This document shows, in pieces, positions 37,330 through 44,739 of a DNA stretch of 55,239 bases (position 1 is its first letter; every line of letters starts with the position of its first letter). Source of the stretch: Candidatus Methylomirabilota bacterium (lineage in GTDB: Bacteria; Methylomirabilota; Methylomirabilia; Rokubacteriales; CSP1-6); the NCBI GenBank assembly GCA_035260325.1, contig DATFVL010000062.1, positions 1 through 55,239 on the forward strand, in the 5' to 3' direction. Made by a program: the position numbers and the translations under genes. The notes beneath the pieces were generated by a model. It did no database searches and was not told where the DNA came from. It was given only the letters and a program-made list of their open reading frames with translations.

Positions 37330-39157
37330 GGGATTCGCGACCATGAAGACGGCGCGGAAGGGCGACATCACGCAGCTGTTCGAGCTCGGGCGCTCCGAGG
37401 GGGACGGGAAGGCCTCCGCCGCTCCCCAGGGCCGCAACGGGAGCCAGAGCGCGGTGGGCCGCCGCTTCGGCGACCTGATCCTGGCGGATGGCCTCGTCAC
37501 GCAGGAACAGTTCGAGCAGGCGCTCGCCGAGCAGAAGAAGACCAACGAGAAGCTGGGCGAGATCCTCGTGCGCCTGGGGCTCATCACCGAGGAGCAGCTC
37601 GTCCACTTCCTGTCGCGCCAGTACGGCGTCCCCGAGGTCGCGTTCCCGGAGAAGATCGCGCCCGAGATCATCAAGCTGATCCCGGCGCGCATCGCGCGGA
37701 AGTACGGCGTCGCGCCCATCGGGCGGACGCTCGGCTCCGTCACCCTCGCCGTCGCCGACCCGACGAACCTCTCGGCGCTCGACGACGTCGCGTTCATGAC
37801 GGGCCTCAAGGTCGTGCCGGCGATCGCGTTGCCGTCCATCATCCGCCAGGCGATCGAGCACTACTACGAGAAGGCGCCGTCGACGATCGCCGACGCGCTC
37901 TCGGACGTCGAGGCGGAGGCGGCCGAGATCGAGCTCATCGAGGGTCAGCAGACCAACGCGAGCGTCGACCTCAACGCGCTGCGGTCGTCGGCCGACGAGG
38001 TGCCCGTCGTCCGGCTGGTGAACTCGATCCTCCTCGATGCGATGAGGCGGGACGCCTCCGACGTCCACATCGATCCGGGCGACGGGACCCTGACGATCAG
38101 GTACCGGATCGACGGCATCCTGCACGAGGTGATGGCGCCGCCCAAGCGCGTGGAGGCGGCGCTCGTGTCGCGGCTCAAGATCATGGCGAACCTCGACATC
38201 GCCGAACGGCGGCTCCCGCAGGACGGGCGCATCAAGCTCCGCCAGCATGGCCGCGAGATCGACTTCCGCGTCTCGATGGTGCCGTCGATCTTCGGTGAGA
38301 GCGTCGTGCTCCGGATCCTCGACAAGCAGGCGCTGAAGGCCGATCTGAGCCAGCTCGGATTCGAGCCCGCCGCGCTGGGCGAGTTCCAGAAGGCGGTCAA
38401 CGCCCCGCACGGCCTGATCGTCATCACCGGACCGACCGGCTCGGGCAAGACCACCACGCTCTACTCGGCGCTCAACACGATCAACGCGAAGGAACGGAAC
38501 ATCGTGACCGTCGAGGACCCCGTGGAGTACGAGCTGGCGGGCGCGACGCAGGTCCAGGTCTGCGACGAGATCGGCCGCACCTTCGGCGCCGCGCTCCGCT
38601 CGTTCCTCCGTCACGACCCCGACGTCATCCTCGTCGGCGAGATGCGCGACCAGGAGACGGCGCAGATCGCGGTGCGGGCGGCGCTGACGGGCCATCTCGT
38701 GCTGAGCACGCTCCACACGAACAGCGCCGGCGAGAGCATCTCGCGGCTGACGGACATGGGCGTCCCGCCCTTCCTCCTCTCCTCCTCGCTCCGCCTCGTC
38801 GTGGCGCAGCGGCTCGCGCGCAAGGTGTGCTACGAGTGCCGGGAGCCCTACGAGCTGGACGAGGAGAGCCTCATCCAGTACGGCCACACGCCCCTGGGCC
38901 TGGGTCGGCGCACCGTCTACAAGGGGAAGGGCTGCGCGACCTGCCACGAGACCGGGATGAAGGGGCGGGTCGCCCTCTACGAGGTGCTTCCGGTCACGCC
39001 GGAGATCCGCGGCCTCGTCCTCAACAGCACGTTCGCGGGTGAGATCCAGGACGTGGCGGCCAAGCAGGGCATGAAGACGCTGCGCGAGGCCGGCCTGCTC
39101 AAGGTGCTCCAGGGCGTCACGACGGTCGAGGAGGTCCTGCGCGTCACGAGCGAGTAG
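37328..39157 (+). CDS. GspE/PilB/MshE-family secretion ATPase with an N-terminal MshEN (T2SSE_N) domain
   Basis: Walker A GPTGSGKTTTLYSALN; Asp/His boxes LRHDPDVILVGEMRD..TGHLVLSTLHTN; C-terminal tetracysteine CYEC..CATC. In-frame ATGs at 37328 and 37343. Confidence 0.9.
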   Translation: MGFATMKTARKGDITQLFELGRSEGDGKASAAPQGRNGSQSAVGRRFGDLILADGLVTQEQFEQALAEQKKTNEKLGEILVRLGLITEEQLVHFLSRQYGVPEVAFPEKIAPEIIKLIPARIARKYGVAPIGRTLGSVTLAVADPTNLSALDDVAFMTGLKVVPAIALPSIIRQAIEHYYEKAPSTIADALSDVEAEAAEIELIEGQQTNASVDLNALRSSADEVPVVRLVNSILLDAMRRDASDVHIDPGDGTLTIRYRIDGILHEVMAPPKRVEAALVSRLKIMANLDIAERRLPQDGRIKLRQHGREIDFRVSMVPSIFGESVVLRILDKQALKADLSQLGFEPAALGEFQKAVNAPHGLIVITGPTGSGKTTTLYSALNTINAKERNIVTVEDPVEYELAGATQVQVCDEIGRTFGAALRSFLRHDPDVILVGEMRDQETAQIAVRAALTGHLVLSTLHTNSAGESISRLTDMGVPPFLLSSSLRLVVAQRLARKVCYECREPYELDEESLIQYGHTPLGLGRRTVYKGKGCATCHETGMKGRVALYEVLPVTPEIRGLVLNSTFAGEIQDVAAKQGMKTLREAGLLKVLQGVTTVEEVLRVTSE

Positions 39158-39180
39158 CGGGGGACCGCGCCAGCGCGTGT

Positions 39181-39209
39181 TTGACACATCCCGGCGGCAC
39201 GCCTAGAAT
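39181..39209 (+). promoter_or_regulatory. near-consensus sigma70-type promoter for the 565-aa gene
   Basis: TTGACA (39181-39186), exact 17-nt spacer, TAGAAT (39204-39209). ATG 39222 is 12 nt beyond the -10 box and has no Shine-Dalgarno sequence. Confidence 0.5.
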
Positions 39210-39221
39210 CGCAAGCACCTC

Positions 39222-40919
39222 ATGACGTCGAACGCGGACGACCTCGCCCGGCATCTCGCCGAAATCACGGAGCGATTCGGGACGCTGGCGGCCGTGCTCG
39301 GCCAGGCGGCGCGCGAGCTGCAAGTCTCGGGGACGCTGCCGCCCGAGGCGCTGGCCGAGGCGCTCGGCGCCGCGCGCCGCGAGTTCCTCGAAATGCGCGC
39401 GGGCATCCTCGAGGCCGCGCGCGCGCTCTCGATCAACGCGCCGAGCGCGGCCGAGCTCGACAGCATCAAGAAGCTCGAGCCCCTGATCCGGGCGGTCATC
39501 GGCGCCATCGCCGTGGAGGAGACGCGGCAAGCGGCCGGGGAGGCCAGGAAGCGCGCCCTGGCCGTGCTCGACCGTGTCCTCGCGGTCACCCACACCGACG
39601 ATCCCGGCTTCGCTCCCCTGGTGCAGTGTCAGGCGAAGGCGAAAGAGCTCCGGCAGATCGTGAACGACCCGAAGACGCTCGAGACGGCCAACCCCGCGGC
39701 CATCGCCGAAGGCGCCGCGCCCTTCGCGAACCTGCTCACGCTGATCGAGGGCCGCGAGCAGCTCGATGACGAGCGCTTCGCCGCGCTCGAGGACAGCGTC
39801 AGTCACGCGTTCGGGCGCCAGATCGCCGTCGTCGCCACGCGCGGCAAGCTCGTGGTCGCGGGCGCCGCCACGGCCGCGCCCGCGCCGCCCCCCGCCGGGC
39901 GACCCGCGCCGCCGCCCAGGGCGGTCGCGGAGGCCCCGCGCCCGGCGGCGTCGCCCGCCGCTCCGGCTCCGCCGCCGCCCCCGCTCGTCGTCCAGGAGGT
40001 CGCGGTCACGCCGCGGCCTGTCAAGGAGGACGCGGGCGCCGCGCGGGCGGTGGAGCAGGCCGCCCAGGACGAAGCGGCGCAGTGGTGGGTCTCCGCGTGG
40101 GCCCGCTGGACGAGCTGGAAGAGCTCGATCTCGTTCAACGACGCGGTGAAGCAGGAGCTGCAGAAGTACTCCTACATCCTGAGCGTGCCGATCCAGAAGA
40201 GCACCGACTACGAGGAGGGGCTTCTCGCGTACGGCTACTCGATCCTGCTCGAGTTCGCCGAGAAGCAGAACCCGGGGCTCGTTAACAAGGCGCTCAACAG
40301 CCTGAAGACGTTCGCGCCCGGCCCGGGGAAGTCCGTCGGCACGCACCTCTACGACTTCCTCGTCACCGAGGGAAGGCTCGTCGAGCTCTACCCGGAGTTC
40401 GTGAAGAACGTGCTGGTCGCCGCGGTGCCGGAGCCCGGGCTGTGGACGCAGGCCCGCATCCTCGAGTCCACCGTCGAGACCCGCGTGTTCACGCATCCGA
40501 CCCCGCGGATCGGCGACACCGAGCACAACTCACAGCGCCTGACGCAGGACCGGCAGCGCTTCACCGACCACCGGTTCCAGGTCGCGATGGCGCCGCTGAC
40601 CGCGCGCTTCTTCGCGATCGCCGGCGACCTGCGCGAGCCGCGCTCGATCGACGTGAAGCTCGTGGACGGACGCAGCGACTCCGACCAGGCATGGCTCCTC
40701 ACCATGCCGCCCGCCGGACGCGCCGACCTCAAGTCGGAGCTCCTCCGGCTGGCGCCGGAGGGCACCTCGGTCCCCGGTCTCGGGAGGGACTACGCGACGC
40801 TCTGGGTCGCCGTGTTCAACACGGAGACCGCCGCCGAGAAGAAGTACGAGCTGGCGCTCGGGCTGCGGAAGGAAGGGGCGGCGAAGCCCGCCGCGACGTT
40901 CAGGTCCGCTCGGGCGTAA
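39222..40919 (+). CDS. hypothetical protein: helical N-domain, Pro/Ala-rich linker, unknown C-terminal domain
   Basis: 565-aa ORF with protein-like composition. Linker AAPAPPPAGRPAPPPRAVAEAPRPAASPAAPAPPPPP. The C-domain (WWVSAWARWTSWKSS..YSYILSVPIQKSTDYEEG..) matches no family I recognise. Confidence 0.7.
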   Translation: MTSNADDLARHLAEITERFGTLAAVLGQAARELQVSGTLPPEALAEALGAARREFLEMRAGILEAARALSINAPSAAELDSIKKLEPLIRAVIGAIAVEETRQAAGEARKRALAVLDRVLAVTHTDDPGFAPLVQCQAKAKELRQIVNDPKTLETANPAAIAEGAAPFANLLTLIEGREQLDDERFAALEDSVSHAFGRQIAVVATRGKLVVAGAATAAPAPPPAGRPAPPPRAVAEAPRPAASPAAPAPPPPPLVVQEVAVTPRPVKEDAGAARAVEQAAQDEAAQWWVSAWARWTSWKSSISFNDAVKQELQKYSYILSVPIQKSTDYEEGLLAYGYSILLEFAEKQNPGLVNKALNSLKTFAPGPGKSVGTHLYDFLVTEGRLVELYPEFVKNVLVAAVPEPGLWTQARILESTVETRVFTHPTPRIGDTEHNSQRLTQDRQRFTDHRFQVAMAPLTARFFAIAGDLREPRSIDVKLVDGRSDSDQAWLLTMPPAGRADLKSELLRLAPEGTSVPGLGRDYATLWVAVFNTETAAEKKYELALGLRKEGAAKPAATFRSARA

Positions 40920-40922
40920 CCC

Positions 40923-41297
40923 TCAGGCCTTCGGGCGCTCGGCGGCCTTCGGCGGCTCCCCCGCCTTCGCCGGCTCGGCGGCCTTCGGGGGCTCGCCGGG
41001 CCTCGCCGGGTGATCGCCGCCGGGGGTGCGCTCGAAGGGGCTCTTGCGCGGCGCGATGCCGAGCTTCGCGGCGACCTGGCCCATCGCCTGGGTGATGTCG
41101 TCCTTTTCGACGCGAAGCTGGTGGTTCTCCCGCCTGAGCTCCTCGACCTCTTTCTTCAGCTTCTCGACTTCCCTCTCGGCCGCGGCCGCCCGCTCGTTGA
41201 CGTGCGTCTCGCTGGCGAAGAGCTCGGGCAGGAGGGTAAAGAGCTGCCTGGTCTCCTCGATCCACTTGGTCACTCGCTCACGGGCTTCGGCAGCCAT
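40923..41297 (-). CDS. hypothetical coiled-coil protein with a PKAAE repeat tail
   Basis: ATG 41297 follows GAGGAG. Heptad-like AAAEREVEKLKKEVEELRRENHQLRVEKDD. Tail GEPPKAAEPAKAGEPPKAAERPKA. Its stop lies 3 nt from the convergent stop at 40919. Confidence 0.6.
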   Translation of the reverse strand: MAAEARERVTKWIEETRQLFTLLPELFASETHVNERAAAAEREVEKLKKEVEELRRENHQLRVEKDDITQAMGQVAAKLGIAPRKSPFERTPGGDHPARPGEPPKAAEPAKAGEPPKAAERPKA

Positions 41298-41380
41298 TGT
41301 CGCGTCCAGGCTCCTCGCTTGCCCCTCGGGGCTCGTGCAAGGAGACTAGCACCGAGGTTCCGCTCTTGGCAACCTTTGGG

Positions 41381-41737
41381 TCACCGCCGATAGCGCGTCT
41401 CGAAGAGCAGCACCCCGTGCGGCGAGCGGTACGGGCCGTGGCGCATGCCGGGCGGCCGGCAGGCGTACATCCCCGCGCTGAACGTCCGGCCCTTGCCGAG
41501 ATCGATCACGGAGCCCTCGAGGATCCAGACCTCCTCCCAGAAGTCGTGGGCGATCGTGTCCGGGGTTTCCGTGCCTGGCGCCATGCGGAGGAGGCGTGTG
41601 ACGTCGCCGGACAGTGGGTCACGGCTCAGGATTTTCTCCTCGATCCCCGGGCCCCCGGCGCCCGTGTCGGGCGAGCCCGCGACGGGCCGCCACGGCAGGT
41701 CGTCGGGGCGGAAGAACTCGAGCTCGGGCTTCGGCAC
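41381..41737 (-). CDS. cupin domain protein (ChrR-like cupin_7 by resemblance)
   Basis: GTG 41737 lies 2 nt after the redoxin stop. HDFWEEVWILEGSVIDLGKGRTFSAGMYACRPPGMRHGP. Confidence 0.7.
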   Translation of the reverse strand: MPKPELEFFRPDDLPWRPVAGSPDTGAGGPGIEEKILSRDPLSGDVTRLLRMAPGTETPDTIAHDFWEEVWILEGSVIDLGKGRTFSAGMYACRPPGMRHGPYRSPHGVLLFETRYRR

Positions 41738-41739
41738 CC

Positions 41740-42282
41740 TCAGGGCTTCTTGGGGAGCGCCAGCAGGTCCTGGACGAGCTTGCGGGCCGCCGGCTTGTCC
41801 CAGTCCCGCGGGCCCACCATGCGGGCGATCAGACGCCCCTGGCGGTCGACGAGGTACGCGGTCGGCGGGCCGAAGACGCCATAGGCCTTGCCGGTCACGT
41901 CACCCCTCTCGTCCAGCAGCACGGGCGCGACGTAGCCGCGCTCGGCGACCGTGCGCCTGACGAGCGCCGGATCCTCACGGAAGCTGATCAGCCGCACCTC
42001 GAGCCCCTGCTTCCTGAGCTCCCCGTATAGCCGGTTGACGGAAGGTAACTCCTCCCGGCAGTCCGGTCACCACGTGGTCCAGAAGACGAGGAGCACCACC
42101 TTGCCGCGCAGGTCGGCGAGGGTGACGGTTTTCCCTTGGAGGTCCGGCAGGGCGAAGTCCGGCGCGGGCTTCGGCGGGTCGTAGCGCTGGATGCCGAGGC
42201 TCGCAAAGTCCGCCGCCGCGGCGCCGGCGGCGAACGCCAGGAGCGCCAGGACGAGTGCGCCCGCGCCGAGGCGCCGCGCCAT
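41740..42282 (-). CDS. exported TlpA/ResA-like thiol:disulfide oxidoreductase, predicted selenoprotein (UxxC; TGA 42067-42069 read as Sec)
   Basis: ORFs 42067-42282 and 41740-41997 are in the same frame. Hand translation across the gap gives [45 protein letters not shown]. The family motif is FWxxWCxxC. Signal peptide [24 protein letters not shown]. Confidence 0.75.
42031..42066 (-). promoter_or_regulatory. SECIS-like stem-loop immediately 3' of the redoxin UGA
   Basis: RNA CCGG-AC-UG-C-CGGGAGG-AGUUA-CCUUCCG-U-CA-A-CCGG. There is a 7-bp apical stem (one G-U pair), loop AGUUA starting 19 nt after the U of UGA, plus 2-bp and 4-bp lower stems. Confidence 0.45.
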
Positions 42283-42833
42283 CAGGCGCCCGATGCCTTG
42301 AAGGCCGCCAGGACCTCCTCAGGGTTCAGGAGATCGAGCGCGTTGTCCTGGATCTTGATGTACTTGACGATGCCGTTCCGATCGATGATGAAATAGGTGC
42401 GCTTCGCGTACCGGAAGATCGGGCTCTTCTCGTCCGTGACCATCGCGCCCCACACCGGCAGCATCTGGCGGCGGAAGTCGGACAGGAGGAGGTGCTTGAT
42501 CGGGTTCTGCTTGGCCCACCCGGCGAGCGTCGCCTGGTGGTCAGCGCTCACGCCCACGACCTGGGCGCCCGCGGCCTCGAACTGCGCGTGGAGCGCGTCG
42601 AAGCCGAGGATCTCCTTCGTTCAGGTGGGGGTGAAGGCCTGGATCACGGTGTACAGGACGACCGGGCCCTTGGCCGTGAGCTCGGAGAGCTTGACGGGCT
42701 TGCCGTCCACGCCGAGCAGCGCGAAGTCGGGCGCCTTCTGGCCCACCTCGAGCGCGCTCGCGGCGCCGGCGGAGACCAGGACGACGAGCAGGCCCCAGAG
42801 CAGGGCGTGCACGACTGAACGCTTGGATCGCAT
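42282..42833 (-). CDS. exported peroxiredoxin (AhpC/TSA-BCP type), predicted selenoprotein (TGA 42621-42623 read as Sec at the peroxidatic position)
   Basis: ORFs 42621-42833 and 42282-42557 are in the same frame. Hand translation gives [43 protein letters not shown], where the family has (F)TP(T/G)C(T/S)xE. Signal peptide [34 protein letters not shown] precedes ATG 42833. Confidence 0.75.
42573..42605 (-). promoter_or_regulatory. SECIS-candidate stem-loop 3' of the peroxiredoxin UGA
   Basis: RNA GGCUUCGA-C-GCGC-UCCAC-GCGC-AGU-UCGAGGCC. There is an 8-bp lower stem (one G-U pair), a 4-bp upper stem, and an apical loop 31 nt after the U of UGA. The loop lacks the usual G, so confidence is lower. 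Confidence 0.35.
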
Positions 42834-42896
42834 GGGAGGCCTCCTTGGGCTGACTACGGGATGAACGGCCGGCGCCGTCGCCGGGTTCCCCTCACA

Positions 42897-43922
42897 TCAT
42901 CGCTTGCCGGTCAATTCGCGCCGCACGAGCGCGGCGCCCGCGGCCAGCCCCGCGAGCTTCTGGTTGCACATGTACCGCGGCGACCAGCCGAAGCCGCAGT
43001 CGGGGTTGACCGTGAGCTTCTCCGGCGGGCAGACCTGGAGCACCCTGCGGACGCGGCGCGCCACGTCCTCGGCCGTGTCCTGCGCGAAGCCCTTGACGTC
43101 CACGACGCCGGCGCCGAGCTCGCGCCCCTCGCCGTACCGCTTCCAGAGATCGAGCTCGGCCAGCTCGCGGCTCGCGAACTCCAGCACGAACTGGTGGGCG
43201 CGCGATTTCAGGATCCCCGGGAAGTAGGGCTCGTAGGTCCGCTGGAAGCGCGAGCGACCGAACCGGTTGCCGAAGCAAACGTGGAAGGCGAGCTTCACGT
43301 CGATCCCCGCCGTGGCGAGGTTGAACAGGCGCGCCATCTCCTCCCCGGAGACGTTGCCGCGCGCCGGCTCATCGATCTGGATGAGGTCGGCGCCCGCGGC
43401 CACGAGACCGTGGAGCTCCTGATTGATGACCTCGGCGAAGCGCTCGGCCACGTCCACGACACCCGTGTAGACCTTGCCCGGATGGATCCGCGAGCCGAAC
43501 GTCAACGGGCCCGCGCACGTCGCCTTGGTGTGCCGCGTCGTGTGCTTCTTGAGGTACTCGAACTCGCGCACGATGCCGAGCCCGGCGGGGGGCGTCTCGA
43601 TGCGCCCGACCGCCTCGTAGCGCGTCTGCTGGTCGTACCCCCAGGGACCCGCCTTGCGCCGCACGGGGAGCGGCTCGATGCCCTTGATGATCGCGTAGTA
43701 CGAGTCAACGTAGCCGTCGAGCCGGCGGACCTCGCCGTCGGTGAGGATGTCGATGCCGGCGGTCTCCATGTCGCGGACCGCCGTGTGCACGGCGTCGTCG
43801 AGCATCTCGTCGAGGTCGCCGGGCCCGAGCTCCCCCTGTTCCCAGGCCTTGACGGCGGCGAACCACCAGCCCGGCCTGCCGTGGGAGCCCACGACGGCGG
43901 TCGGGATCAGCGGCAGCGTCAT
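42897..43922 (-). CDS. cobalamin-independent methionine synthase (MetE C-terminal domain-like / methionine synthase II family)
   Basis: LIPTAVVGSHGRPGWW..DILTDGEVRR..ADLIQIDEPA..AFHVCFGN..VNPDCGFG. Confidence 0.8.
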   Translation of the reverse strand: MTLPLIPTAVVGSHGRPGWWFAAVKAWEQGELGPGDLDEMLDDAVHTAVRDMETAGIDILTDGEVRRLDGYVDSYYAIIKGIEPLPVRRKAGPWGYDQQTRYEAVGRIETPPAGLGIVREFEYLKKHTTRHTKATCAGPLTFGSRIHPGKVYTGVVDVAERFAEVINQELHGLVAAGADLIQIDEPARGNVSGEEMARLFNLATAGIDVKLAFHVCFGNRFGRSRFQRTYEPYFPGILKSRAHQFVLEFASRELAELDLWKRYGEGRELGAGVVDVKGFAQDTAEDVARRVRRVLQVCPPEKLTVNPDCGFGWSPRYMCNQKLAGLAAGAALVRRELTGKR

Positions 43923-44013
43923 TGGAGCGGGGCCCGCGAGGCCGGTGGCACTCGGGGCGTGCCCTGTTCCAGACGCGTGGCGGCTCCGTTCAGCATGGCG
44001 CGTCTCATTCCAT

Positions 44014-44739
44014 TCATCGTGGCGCGCCCCCGATTATCCGCAAAACGGTCGGGTCGCGCCAGGCGTCGTCGCGCGAGCCCGCGAAGACGATCTCGCCGCG
44101 CTCGATGACGTAGAGGCGGCTGCCGTACTCCGGCACGTGGTGGATGTTCGACTCGGCGATCAGGATCGAGCGGCCGAGGCGCGTGATCTCGGCGATGCCC
44201 TCGGCGACGGCGGGAATGATCGCCGGGGAGAGCCCCTCGAACGGCTCGTCGAGCACGAGCATCTCCGGGTCGAGCGCGAGCGCCCGCGCGATCGAGAGCA
44301 TCTTGCGCTCGCCGCCGCTCATCTCGGGGCCCCGGCGGGCGGCGTAGCGCCGGAGCCCGGGGAAGACGCGGTACGCGAGCTCGATGCGCTCCGCGGCGGG
44401 CCGCCCGGCCGGCCGCGTCCACGTCGAGATCTCGACGTTCTCCGCGACCGTGAGGGCGGGGAAGATGGCGGAGTCCTCGGGCGCCCAGCCGAGGCCGCGC
44501 CGCGCGATCTCGTGCGGCGGCCGGCCGTGGATCGGCTCGCCCCGGAACGTGATGCGGCCGCCGCGCGGGGCCAGGAAGCCCATGATGGTGCGGAGCGTCG
44601 TGGTCTTGCCCGCACCGTTCCGGCCGACGAGGCAGACGACCTCGCGCGGGCCCACCTCGAGCGAGACGCGCCGGAGGATGTGGCTCGTCTGGATGAAGAC
44701 GTCGATCCCCTCGACGGCCAGCATCGCGGCGGCGCTCAC
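44014..44739 (-). CDS. livF: branched-chain amino acid ABC transporter ATP-binding protein
   Basis: GTG 44739 overlaps the livG stop (GTGA). GRNGAGKTTTLRTIMG; LSGGERKMLSIARAL; LVLDEPFEGLSP. Confidence 0.9.
   Translation of the reverse strand: MSAAAMLAVEGIDVFIQTSHILRRVSLEVGPREVVCLVGRNGAGKTTTLRTIMGFLAPRGGRITFRGEPIHGRPPHEIARRGLGWAPEDSAIFPALTVAENVEISTWTRPAGRPAAERIELAYRVFPGLRRYAARRGPEMSGGERKMLSIARALALDPEMLVLDEPFEGLSPAIIPAVAEGIAEITRLGRSILIAESNIHHVPEYGSRLYVIERGEIVFAGSRDDAWRDPTVLRIIGGAPR

Noticed and set aside
37328-39157. Calling the region a type IV pilus or type II secretion locus on the basis of the PilB/GspE-like ATPase.
   Set aside because: No platform, pilin, prepilin peptidase, secretin or alignment-complex genes are present in the window. 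Only the ATPase family assignment is supported.
41740-42833. Reading the split redoxin and split peroxiredoxin ORFs as two pseudogenes or four small genes.
   Set aside because: Each interruption is a single TGA placed exactly at the catalytic Cys codon. The downstream frames stay intact for more than 100 codons, and stable hairpins follow both TGAs. Selenocysteine recoding explains all of this. It remains a prediction until Sec machinery is found elsewhere in the genome.
43923-44013. Possible SAM or cobalamin riboswitch in the leader of the MetE-like gene.
   Set aside because: Only about 90 nt are available. I see two ordinary hairpins (AGACGCG/CGCGTCT and GGCAC/GTGCC) but none of the conserved riboswitch cores I can recall. 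I cannot support the call without a covariance-model search.
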